From contig JBALDB010000007.1 in the NCBI GenBank assembly GCA_036918135.1, positions 64,001 to 128,000 of the forward strand: a stretch of DNA of 64,000 bases. The letters are read 5' to 3'. The position numbers were made by a program, and so were the translations under genes. The stretch comes from Nostoc sp. (GTDB lineage: Bacteria > Cyanobacteriota > Cyanobacteriia > Cyanobacteriales > Nostocaceae). Shown in pieces: positions 38,977 to 48,002 of the stretch. Position 1 is the stretch's first letter; every line of letters starts with the position of its first letter. The notes beneath the pieces are model-generated. The model did no database searches, had not been told where the DNA came from, and saw only the letters and a list, made by a program, of their open reading frames with translations.

Positions 38977-40341
38977 ATGGGGCAGCTAAAGTCCGCCGAG
39001 GAAATGCCTGGTACTTATGGCTTGCCCTATTTGGGCGAGACTTGGGAAATATTGCGCGATTTAGAATTGTATATATGGCGACGATTCCATCAGTATGGTT
39101 CAGTTTTTAAGACCAAGGTGATGGGATATAAACGTGCTTATTTAATTGGCCCTGATGCTAATCGGCTGGTGCTGATAGAACAAGCAGAACATATGTCATC
39201 GCGGATGGGCTGGTATTTCCTGGAACCCACATTTGGCAACAATATTTTATTACAAGATGGGGAAGAACATCGGCTAACTCGTCGCTTAATGTATCCAGCA
39301 TTTCACGGAAAAGCGATCGCTACATACTTCGACACAATTCAAAATATAGTAGAAGACTTCCTCAAAGATTGGGGAGAACGAGGAACAATTTCTTTAAATT
39401 CTACTTTTCGCCAATTAACCTTGATAGTTGCAACTCGCCTGTTTTTGGGAAGTCAAAATCAAAGCGAAGTAGAACAAACTAGTCGGTGGTTTACACAATT
39501 AATTGATAGCAGTCTGGCAATACTAAAATGGAATGTCCCTTTTACTTTATATGGTCGCGGTCAAAATGCCAGGAGTAAATTAATAGCTTTTTTGAATCAA
39601 GCGATCGCCCAACGTATCGAAAACGGTAATTTAGAAGAATCAAAAGATGTTTTGGGATTACTGTTAGCAGCTGTTGATGAAGACGGCAATAAGTTGAGCC
39701 AAGCACAGGTAATTAACGAAGCATTACTACTGCTGTTTGCTGGACATGAAACCACAGCTTCCTTGCTCAGTTGGGTAATATTTGAATTAGGTCATCGTCC
39801 AGAATGGCGAGAGCGACTGCGTAAAGAACAGTTAGCAGTTGTGGGAAATAATCCTCTAACCCTGTCTCACCTCAAACAATTTCCACAGTTAACCAACGTC
39901 CTCAAAGAAACAGAACGCCTTTATCCCCCAGTGTATGCCTATAATCGTGGTGTCCTCAAAGATATTGAATATGCAGGCTATCGTATTCCCGCTGGTTGGT
40001 TTGTGACGATTTCCCCAATGCTGACTCACCGTCTACCAGAACTATACACCGATCCCGATCGCTTTGACCCCGACCGCTTTGCACGACCTCGTGAAGAAGA
40101 TAAAAAGCATCCTTTTGCACTAATCGGTTTTGGTAACGGTTCTCACAGTTGCTTAGGCATGGAATTTGCCCAAATGGAAATGAAAATCGTGCTTTCTGTG
40201 CTGCTTCGCCATTACGATTGGACAGTAAAACCGGATTATTCTACAGTTACTCCCTATTGTAAAGCTTCTAAAGTTAAAGACACTTTACAAGCATATATTG
40301 AGCCTTTGGGGATAAAGCATTCTTCGCAGAATCAAACATAA
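38977..40341 (+). CDS. Cytochrome P450
   Basis: FAGHETT (I-helix), ETER (ExxR), FDPDRF, FGNGSHSCLG haem motif; GGAGG RBS before ATG 38977. Confidence 0.95.
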   Translation: MGQLKSAEEMPGTYGLPYLGETWEILRDLELYIWRRFHQYGSVFKTKVMGYKRAYLIGPDANRLVLIEQAEHMSSRMGWYFLEPTFGNNILLQDGEEHRLTRRLMYPAFHGKAIATYFDTIQNIVEDFLKDWGERGTISLNSTFRQLTLIVATRLFLGSQNQSEVEQTSRWFTQLIDSSLAILKWNVPFTLYGRGQNARSKLIAFLNQAIAQRIENGNLEESKDVLGLLLAAVDEDGNKLSQAQVINEALLLLFAGHETTASLLSWVIFELGHRPEWRERLRKEQLAVVGNNPLTLSHLKQFPQLTNVLKETERLYPPVYAYNRGVLKDIEYAGYRIPAGWFVTISPMLTHRLPELYTDPDRFDPDRFARPREEDKKHPFALIGFGNGSHSCLGMEFAQMEMKIVLSVLLRHYDWTVKPDYSTVTPYCKASKVKDTLQAYIEPLGIKHSSQNQT

Positions 40342-40428
40342 AACTAGCGACCGCCAAAGTATTTTAAGTGTGGAGAATTTACCCATCTGACAAAATTGGG
40401 CGATCGCATTTTTCAATCTAGATAGCTG

Positions 40429-42042
40429 CTATGTTCTTGCCCACGGCGCTCCTGCATAATGAACAAGGTTGTTATTCTGTTCGAGTTGATTCAGTTCAGG
40501 AGTTGAAGAAATCAGTTGGTTTGTAAAATTTAACGTAGAATTTTCTACTTCATTCACAACTTCTATCAACTCAGGTACCGTTTCTTGGTATCCTTGAGTA
40601 ACATTTGTTCTGAGAAAATCTTCTGTATCATCCGCCGCTATGGTTATCCATTGCTGAATTCCATACTTAGAAACCTGTTGCTGTTCGTGGGTTTCAAAGT
40701 CTCCAAAGTTGAGATTCGCAAAATTACCAACAGGTGGGCCGTTTTTAATCGCTTCTCGGTTATCGAACATATTTGTAGCCAATGTACGCATAACCTGCAT
40801 ATACCTGCCTTCCAGTGTAATGTGTACATTGTTTACTGCTGTATATTGGGCACGGTCAAAGTTTTGGTTATCATCAGTAGCCGTTTCTACCCGTTGTCGT
40901 CTACCCTGAACACCGCCAAATACAATATCATTTGGTAATTGATTTGTATGGATGCTTTCGGGATCGGTGGTAGTACTGCGGGAGAGATGCACGTAATCAG
41001 AAGCACTGATTGAGTCTATAATCTGCATATTCTTTTGCCATTGCTGTCCGTGTTGTCCATATAAAGTCGTTTGTCTCTCGGCTCTTTGTACAACAGGTGC
41101 ACTATTAGACATATCGTGGTAAGCTGCTGATGGGGTTTCGTTGGGTAGGTGTTGCGGTAACTGCTGCGATGGTAAAGGCGATCGCTGAACTGTCTGGCCA
41201 TTTTGCTGCACCACATGCGTCAACTCATGCGCCAACAACTCCTGACCGCTGCGACTCTCAGGATTATATTCCCCTTGCCCAAAGAATACATCCTGCCCAG
41301 TCGTAAAAGCACGCGCCTGAATTGACCGATTTAACTGGTTAGATTCACTATCCGTGTGAACCTTCACCCCACTAAAATCTGCACCAAACGCCTGTTCCAT
41401 CGGTGCCCGGATATTGTCCGCCATCGGCTGTCCACTACCCTTTGCTTGGCTAATCGACGTTTCCAACTCAGGTGCAGCAGCCATCCCAGCCTCAGCTTGA
41501 CGCTGTACCAGAGGTTTCATTTGCAATTCTTCTTCATCCTCTGGCAGCTCTTGACGTTGCAGTGTGCTAATGTCCAGAGGTTTCATTTGCAATTCTTCTT
41601 CATCCTCTGGTATCTCTTGGCGTTGCAGTGTGCTAATGTCCAGAGGTTTCATTTGCAATTCTTCTTCATCCTCTGGTATCTCTTGGCGTTGCAGTGTGCT
41701 AGCGTCCAGAGGTTTCATTTGCAATTCTTCTTCCTCTGGTAATGCTTCTGGTTGGATAGACTGGCGATTTCCAGGCTGCGCCATTCTTTGCATTACCTGC
41801 TGTGCTACGCTATCCGCTTCCTGTTCGTAAATATCTCCAGGCTGGCTAATTGAAAGTTTTGTTTGGCAACGCAGTGGTATGCGACTTATATCGTGAGTAA
41901 CTGGTTTATGGAGTGGTTGTATTTCAGGAACCGCTTGGCGTGAAATTGCCGACGACTCCAAGCCAAAGCTGCGTATCGGGTGTTTGAGGGATGGGATTGA
42001 GAAACCTGTAGTTTTTTTCTCTCGGCTGAAGTGTTCTCTCAT
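40429..42042 (-). CDS. DUF4157 (eCIS core domain) protein with an unrecognised C-terminal domain
   Basis: PGDIYEQEAD, EEELQMKP repeats, MEQAFGADFSGVKVH, ARAFTTGQD, LLAHELTHVVQQ. Confidence 0.9.
   Translation of the reverse strand: MREHFSREKKTTGFSIPSLKHPIRSFGLESSAISRQAVPEIQPLHKPVTHDISRIPLRCQTKLSISQPGDIYEQEADSVAQQVMQRMAQPGNRQSIQPEALPEEEELQMKPLDASTLQRQEIPEDEEELQMKPLDISTLQRQEIPEDEEELQMKPLDISTLQRQELPEDEEELQMKPLVQRQAEAGMAAAPELETSISQAKGSGQPMADNIRAPMEQAFGADFSGVKVHTDSESNQLNRSIQARAFTTGQDVFFGQGEYNPESRSGQELLAHELTHVVQQNGQTVQRSPLPSQQLPQHLPNETPSAAYHDMSNSAPVVQRAERQTTLYGQHGQQWQKNMQIIDSISASDYVHLSRSTTTDPESIHTNQLPNDIVFGGVQGRRQRVETATDDNQNFDRAQYTAVNNVHITLEGRYMQVMRTLATNMFDNREAIKNGPPVGNFANLNFGDFETHEQQQVSKYGIQQWITIAADDTEDFLRTNVTQGYQETVPELIEVVNEVENSTLNFTNQLISSTPELNQLEQNNNLVHYAGAPWART
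41511..41740 (-). repeat. 60-bp coding tandem repeat (~4 copies)
   Basis: PEDEEELQMKPLDISTLQRQE unit at exact 60-bp spacing. Confidence 0.9.
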
Positions 42043-42188
42043 TTTCTTCTCCAGATGCCGAAGCAGTAGCTAGATAAATAATTTTACTGTTAAGTAGGTC
42101 AACATTAAAAAATGTAAGATATAACCTTCGCAATTACTTCACTTGGCTTTGTTTTGCTCGTAATCACATTTTACATTTAATTAGGTTG

Positions 42189-42304
42189 ATACCAATTTTC
42201 TGTAAAGCTGCATATTATTTTAACCCCTCCCAACCTCTCCTTGGTAAGGGGAGGTGGCGCAGGCGGTGGGGTTCTTTCTATGCGTCTTCATGAAGAATTG
42301 GTAT
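42189..42304. repeat. Short MITE-like element with an internal hairpin
   Basis: Ends ATACCAATTTTC and GAAGAATTGGTAT; internal ACCTCTCCTT-GGT-AAGGGGAGGT. Confidence 0.6.
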
Positions 42305-42390
42305 GAGCTACTTACTAACATCTAAAATACTGCGATCGCACTTTTAACACAATCAATCAAAAGTCTAAATCCAGGTAATCTCAACTCCAA

Positions 42391-44910
42391 TCATTTAGGA
42401 CTGCTATATGTTGAAATTAACTCTCTAACGTGTTCTGCGGAATCTTGTTGTAGTGCTGATGCCGCGAGCGCCTGACTTTCATCTAAACTTAACTGATGAA
42501 TCGCTTGTTTGATTGCAGGTATACTTTGGGGATTGACGCTCAATTCATCCAGCCCCAAACCCAATAAAATTGCTGTCGCTAAAGGATCTGCTGCCAATTC
42601 GCCACATAATCCGACACAAATCCCCCCTGCATGGGCAGCTTGGACAGTTTGCTGCACCATCCTTAACACTGCTGGATGTAGCGCATCAACTAAATTTGCC
42701 ACGCGTGGGTTAGTGCGATCGCCTGCCATCATATACTGACTCAAGTCATTGGTGCCGATACTAAAAAAGTCTACTTCAGCAGCTAACTGCTCGGCGGTCG
42801 CCACTGCTGAGGGCACTTCTACCATAATCCCCACTTTCATCGCTGCATCGAAGGGGATACCAGCTTCATGTAGTTCAGCTTGCACTTCACCCAGAATTAC
42901 TTTCGCCGCACGCACCTCGGTTACAGTAGCTATCATCGGCAACATAATTTTAATTTGATGTCCGACACTAGCTCTCAAAATTGCCCGCAACTGAGTTTTG
43001 AAAAGTTCTGGGTGACTCAAGCAAAAACGAATTCCCCGCCAACCTAAGAATGGGTTGGCTTCAGGAAACCCTACCCTGAGATATGGAAGTGGTTTATCGC
43101 CCCCAATATCCAAAGTCCGAATCATCAGCGGACGATTATCTAAAACTTCAGCCATCGCTTGATACACTCTTAATTGTTCTTCTTCAGTCGGGGCGCTGGT
43201 TCTGTCTAAATACAAAAACTCGGTGCGGAGTAGTCCCACACCTTCGGCACCGTTAGCGACAGCAACTTGCACATCACTGATACTACCAATATTGGCAAAA
43301 ACGTCAACTTGGCGACCATCACGAGTAATTGCTGGCTGGTGTGCCGTGGTTTGTGCTTGCTGTTGGGCAGTTTGCCAAGCTTCTCGCTTTGCTTGAAGCT
43401 GTTCTCGGATATGTGAGTTTGGTTCTACCCAAGCTTTGCCGCTTTCACCATCGAGTGCCATGAGCGTACCATCTGCCAAGTGCAACACCTGGGCATCTAC
43501 TCCCAAAACTGCGGGAATACCCAAGGTGCGAGCGATAATTGCACTGTGGGAAGTGGCACTACCAGAAGTTGTACAAATTCCCAGCACCTTTGTCCGGTCT
43601 AGTCCAGCGGTATCTGAAGGCGTTAAATCGCTGGCTACTAAAATCGCTGGTTCTTGAAGATGCAAGTCAGCAGGGGTATTCCCAGTTAGTAACCGCATTA
43701 CCCGAAGCCCCACATCCACAACATCGTCAACTCGCTCTTGCAAATAAGAGTCCTCAAGTGTGCGGTAGGAAGACACCACTCGATCTACTACAGCTTGCCA
43801 AGCAGCTTCGGCATTAATTTGGTGTTCTAAGATATACCCATGAGCCGTTTCTAAAAGTACTGGATCTTCTAAAAATAGCAATTGGGCATCAAAGATAGCG
43901 GCTTCAGCATCACCAATTTGCAAAGATGCTTGAGAGAATACCGCCTGAATTTCTTGTCGGGCAATTTGAATTGCTGCGTGTAAGCGTTGCCACTCTGCTT
44001 CTACATCGTCTACGTTGTATTGCGTAAATGAAATCTGAGTGGGTTGATAATGAGCAACAGGTGCGATCGCTACTCCCCCAGAAGCCGGAATTCCCGAAAG
44101 TTCGCCGCTAGTTGCCGGGGTAACTTCGTGTTGCCAAACTGCTGGATAATTAACAGCAGTATTATCTTCACCAAAGTTAGTGGCAAACAATACTTGCAAT
44201 GCCGCCAGTGCTGCATCTGCATCAGAGCCGCTAGCAGTAATCAGCAATTCGTGTCCTTGACGCACGCCCAAAGTTGTGACTTGGTTAATACTGTCACCTC
44301 GGACTAATTGAGTATTTCTAGTTAAATTCTGTACCAATATTTGAGATTGAAACCGGGCTGCGGTTGCCACAAACTGAGCTGCGGGACGAGCGTGTAATCC
44401 TAAGCGATTGCTGACAATTAGATGGATTTCTCTAGGAAAAGATTCTAGATGCGATGCTGGGATGTTGCTATCCCCAACTGACAACGGACTACTAACTCCA
44501 CTCAATTGAGTTGCTTTCGCTACTAATGCACCCCGTGCTTCTGCCAGAACTTGCTGAATATTTCTACCAGCGGCCGCAGCCACCACAGCAGCGATCGCAC
44601 CTTCTACTAGAGGCGCTTCACACAAATATACTTTTTGCCGCTGTGCTGCTGAAAGAAACTCCAGTGCCATTTCTGCACTCAGCAAAGCACTACCCAAATC
44701 CATTAACACCAAAACACCATCATCACAGAAAACAGCGGCGATCGCCTCACTTACCTGGATGGCATCTGTACCCAATGGATTTTCGGGATCTTCAATACCT
44801 GCTGCAATAGCGATCGGCACTTCACCATGAACCATCTGGATGGCGAGTTCCCGCACACCGAGAGCTAGTTGTTTACTGTGAGAAACTATGACAATTCCGA
44901 CCACTGCCAC
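42391..44910 (-). CDS. ptsP: Multidomain PTS protein: DhaM-like EIIA + HPr + Enzyme I
   Basis: VIVSHS and MDLGSA (DhaM EIIA), GLHARPAA (HPr His), TSHSAIIAR (EI His), GVGLLRTEF, DFFSIGTNDL, GLCGE. Confidence 0.92.
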   Translation of the reverse strand: MAVVGIVIVSHSKQLALGVRELAIQMVHGEVPIAIAAGIEDPENPLGTDAIQVSEAIAAVFCDDGVLVLMDLGSALLSAEMALEFLSAAQRQKVYLCEAPLVEGAIAAVVAAAAGRNIQQVLAEARGALVAKATQLSGVSSPLSVGDSNIPASHLESFPREIHLIVSNRLGLHARPAAQFVATAARFQSQILVQNLTRNTQLVRGDSINQVTTLGVRQGHELLITASGSDADAALAALQVLFATNFGEDNTAVNYPAVWQHEVTPATSGELSGIPASGGVAIAPVAHYQPTQISFTQYNVDDVEAEWQRLHAAIQIARQEIQAVFSQASLQIGDAEAAIFDAQLLFLEDPVLLETAHGYILEHQINAEAAWQAVVDRVVSSYRTLEDSYLQERVDDVVDVGLRVMRLLTGNTPADLHLQEPAILVASDLTPSDTAGLDRTKVLGICTTSGSATSHSAIIARTLGIPAVLGVDAQVLHLADGTLMALDGESGKAWVEPNSHIREQLQAKREAWQTAQQQAQTTAHQPAITRDGRQVDVFANIGSISDVQVAVANGAEGVGLLRTEFLYLDRTSAPTEEEQLRVYQAMAEVLDNRPLMIRTLDIGGDKPLPYLRVGFPEANPFLGWRGIRFCLSHPELFKTQLRAILRASVGHQIKIMLPMIATVTEVRAAKVILGEVQAELHEAGIPFDAAMKVGIMVEVPSAVATAEQLAAEVDFFSIGTNDLSQYMMAGDRTNPRVANLVDALHPAVLRMVQQTVQAAHAGGICVGLCGELAADPLATAILLGLGLDELSVNPQSIPAIKQAIHQLSLDESQALAASALQQDSAEHVRELISTYSSPK

Positions 44911-44977
44911 ACCGCCAATCTAATTGAAAGGTTTGTGATTAGCCAGTTATCCATTTCATTTTCCCATTTTGCTACAA

Positions 44978-45238
44978 TTACAACTGCCCGAAAATATTCC
45001 CGTCTTTGGAGCTAGAAACCCGAATAAAATAGCCCTCTTTTACAGAAATACCTGGTGTCCACTCATAAACCCCATCGCTAGCAGTACGAGAAGAAATGTT
45101 TTGGATAAGTTTGTTCCCATAGTACAACTTAATCGAGACATCGCCATCAAGATTGTCTCGCCACAATATTAAATAAGGCTGAATCTTTGTTTGCAAGCAC
45201 TTTACTCCCTGGCTGACTGAGCAAGATTTTTGGCACAA
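44978..45238 (-). pseudogene. Probable C-terminal Ig-like (Ser/Thr-rich GPI-anchored-type) domain fragment
   Basis: ILWRDNLDGDVSIKLYYGNKLIQNISSRTASDGVYEWTP resembles that domain; no convincing start; MITEs lie immediately upstream. Confidence 0.4.
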
Positions 45239-45402
45239 CCTGATTTTTAGTTTTCTTACGGAATTCTAAATAATCAGGTAGGTGTCAGAAAGCAGGATTT
45301 TCTTGCAGATTAGACAGTTGGGGAACAATAATATTTCCTCTGTTCGCCGAAACATTACCGACCTTTACAGATATCATAAGTATTCAATCGGACATGATAT
45401 AA

Positions 45403-45729
45403 CAGGATGTTTGGAAAGTCGCAAACTATACTAATAACCTCTCTTCAAACCTCTCAGACAAATGCAGAGACGCTTTAAAACCCCCCTTACCTACTTTTTA
45501 AGGGGGGTAGGGGGGTTAAGTTTGTCAAGCTTTAATGTTACCAAAAATACTTTTGAAACAACCTTCAAGAGGTTGTTTTAAAAGTGTTTAGCTGTCACTT
45601 TAGGCACTTTTAGATCCCCCGTAACCTCCATAAAAAGCAGGGAACCAGAATCAAAGTCTCCGTTTTGAAGGGAGATTTAGAGGAATCTAAAACTTTTGAT
45701 ACTGACAAGAATACTATTCAAATATCCTT
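45403..45729. mobile_element. Two tandem MITE-like elements of one family
   Basis: AGGATGTTTGGAAAGT...ACTTTTGAAACAACCT (45404-45564) and AGAGGTTGTTTTAAAAGT...ACTATTCAAATATCCTT (45568-45729), each ~160 bp with internal C/G hairpins. Confidence 0.65.
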
Positions 45730-46713
45730 TTAGACGACAGCCGAAGAGATACCAACAACAATGTTATTATTGGTCAAATCAAGCCCAGCTGATAGCTTCG
45801 CAAACTGGATTTGTGCGGCCCCACCTAGACCATCTATATCAAAGTACAATGCACCAGTAGTGTCGTTGTAGATAAACCTATTACTAGAACTAGTCGCTGT
45901 TGAACCAATTACCAACTGATCGGCCGCAATCGGACCTGCTTGTGGTGTTACGACATTAATGCCGAAAATAGCAGGAGAGACATTGATAACATCATCTTGA
46001 ACCGAGAAGTCTGTAATAGTGTCAACATCTCCTACCGTGATGGCACTGAAAAGAAATCTATCAGCACCAAGGCCACCGGTGAGAATGTCGGTGCCCAAGC
46101 CGCCAGTCAGTTGGTCGTCGCCAGCCTCGCCAAACAGATTGTCGTTGCCAGTGTCGCCAAACAGAATGTCATTCTGAGCGCCGCCAAATAGAGCGTCATT
46201 GCCGTCATTGCCACTTACAAGGTCATCACCATCGCCGCCAAATAAAGCGTCGTTGCCGTCATTGCCAAACAGAACGTCGTTGCCTACATCGCCATTCAGA
46301 GCGTCATTGCCATCGCCGCCACTGAGAACGTCAATATCATTGCCGCCATTTAGAATGTCATTGCCATCGCCGCCATTTAAAAGGTCAATACCATCGCCGC
46401 CATCTAGCTGATCGTCACCAGCGTTGCCATTCAGCGCATCGTCACCGTCGTTACCAAACAAAATATCTCTGTCAGAGCCACCAAACAGAGCATCATTGCC
46501 GTCATTACCACTCAGAAAGCTTCCGCCAGCCCCGACACTTAGAATGTCGTTACCATCGCCACCAATCAGAGCGTTTCTACCATCGCCGCCACTGAGAGTA
46601 TCGTCGCCTTCGGCACCATTCAAAAAGTCGTTGCCAGTGTCGCCAGATATAATGTCACTTTCAATAGTCCCAATCAAAGCGTCGTTGCCTATGGTACCAA
46701 TGATTGTAGCCAT
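45730..46713 (-). CDS. RTX nonapeptide-rich calcium-binding protein
   Basis: About 20 G(G/N)DG(N/D)DxLx repeats; C-terminal GADRFLF..DTITDF and TGALYFDIDG; AGGAG RBS. Confidence 0.9.
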   Translation of the reverse strand: MATIIGTIGNDALIGTIESDIISGDTGNDFLNGAEGDDTLSGGDGRNALIGGDGNDILSVGAGGSFLSGNDGNDALFGGSDRDILFGNDGDDALNGNAGDDQLDGGDGIDLLNGGDGNDILNGGNDIDVLSGGDGNDALNGDVGNDVLFGNDGNDALFGGDGDDLVSGNDGNDALFGGAQNDILFGDTGNDNLFGEAGDDQLTGGLGTDILTGGLGADRFLFSAITVGDVDTITDFSVQDDVINVSPAIFGINVVTPQAGPIAADQLVIGSTATSSSNRFIYNDTTGALYFDIDGLGGAAQIQFAKLSAGLDLTNNNIVVGISSAVV

Positions 46714-46808
46714 ATCGGTGGTTTCTCCTTGGTTAAATTGTTCTAGTAGAAATCCTCTTTATAGAGGAAGGGGAGGAAAACAGATGTGAGTTGACATGCT
46801 CCCTACTT

Positions 46809-47470
46809 TATGAAGAGAGGATTTTTCAATTCAACAATGCCCTCCTATTTGTTTAGTGGGTATTTCTATAAGTTGTTTATGCAACATAAGACCAAAAAGT
46901 TTTCCAGAACACTTGTCAGCCCTTTCTTTTCCCTTCTCACACATCCGGCGAAATCAGCTTCTAGAGAACTTTTCAAGTTACCTCTGTTCTAGATGAACTT
47001 AAAAGCGATGTCTAAGACAAGCCGATGCAGCGTCTACGCTTATGGCCATAATGAAAAGTTCCAATAACGCCGCCTCAAACCCCGATTATTTCATCGATTC
47101 ACGATCCAGGCTATCAGGTAAAACGGTTGAACACCATTTGGATGGACGGAGGATACCGAGGCGAAGAATTTATGCGTTGTCAGGCTATTAGCATGATTTT
47201 TAACAATATCCTCTTACTGATGTTTTTAGATATTAATGAAGGTATAAAAAATAGAGCTAAACAAGCTCAATATCACGTTGAGCCTTTTATATTTAATTAG
47301 GTTCACTTACTTAATAGCCATAAATACGACTTTGTGTCGCACAAAGCACAGTCAGTCGAATCTTTAGCTAAGTGTGAATAATTTTGGTCTTCTGCTGCAT
47401 AAATAGTTTATAGAAATACCCACTAAATAAATAGGAGGGCATTGTTGAATTCAAAAATCTTGTGTTCATA
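46809..47470. repeat. Long inverted repeat pair (46809-46897 and 47382-47470)
   Basis: Manual ungapped alignment gives 79/89 identical positions between the left arm and the reverse complement of the right arm. Confidence 0.92.
47115..47180 (+). pseudogene. IS5-family transposase fragment
   Basis: QVKRLNTIWMDGGYRGEEFMR resembles the IWxDxGY second-Asp motif of IS5/IS1031-type transposases. Confidence 0.55.
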
Positions 47471-47495
47471 TCTATTAAGCAGTAAGTTATTGAGA

Positions 47496-47725
47496 TAAGT
47501 AGGTCGGTGTGAATATTTATCGTTGGGATAAGGTAGAAGGTAGGAGGCAGGAGGTGAGTCTGCGCCGTCTTGGGGTCTCCCCAAGTGAAGCATTTGGCGT
47601 GGTTTACCCTATGAGTGACTGACGTTGGCGACGAAGGAGCGTCACCCGAAGGGCACTAGGCAAGAAGGTTTGAATCTATTTAATTTTTCTTAACATAGTT
47701 TGGTTTTTCCGCATCGTTCTACTTA
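47496..47725. mobile_element. MITE-like element with nested GC-rich short repeats
   Basis: Ends TAAGTAGGTCGGTG and CATCGTTCTACTTA; interior CTTGGGG-TCT-CCCCAAG and GGCAGGA/GGTAGAA runs. Confidence 0.55.
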
Positions 47726-48002
47726 CTAGCATCTTCAGTTAGAAATACGCACATTTTATGAGAATCTCGACTATCTATGACCAATTAACCGCAAAATGCA
47801 TCTCATGGCTGCAAAAAGAAGGGATGACAGAGCTATTAGAAATAATATCAAGACATTCAAACAGTTCTTTAAGTTAGTTGTTTCAGATGAGTAATAGTAG
47901 AGTGATAGAATCACCAATCAATGAGATAACATCTTTGCAGTCCGCAAAAATATACTTAGCCCTTGAGGCAGTTGCAAGTATATAAATTATCGGAGGTTTC
48001 AA

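Noticed and set aside
38977..40341. P450 as a tailoring enzyme of the PKS-NRPS cluster
   Set aside because: It is 7.6 kb away, separated by unrelated genes; nothing in the sequence links them.
26570..41740. Regular repeats as a CRISPR array
   Set aside because: All are in-frame coding repeats (342, 147, 60 bp) with no unique spacers, and no cas genes are present.
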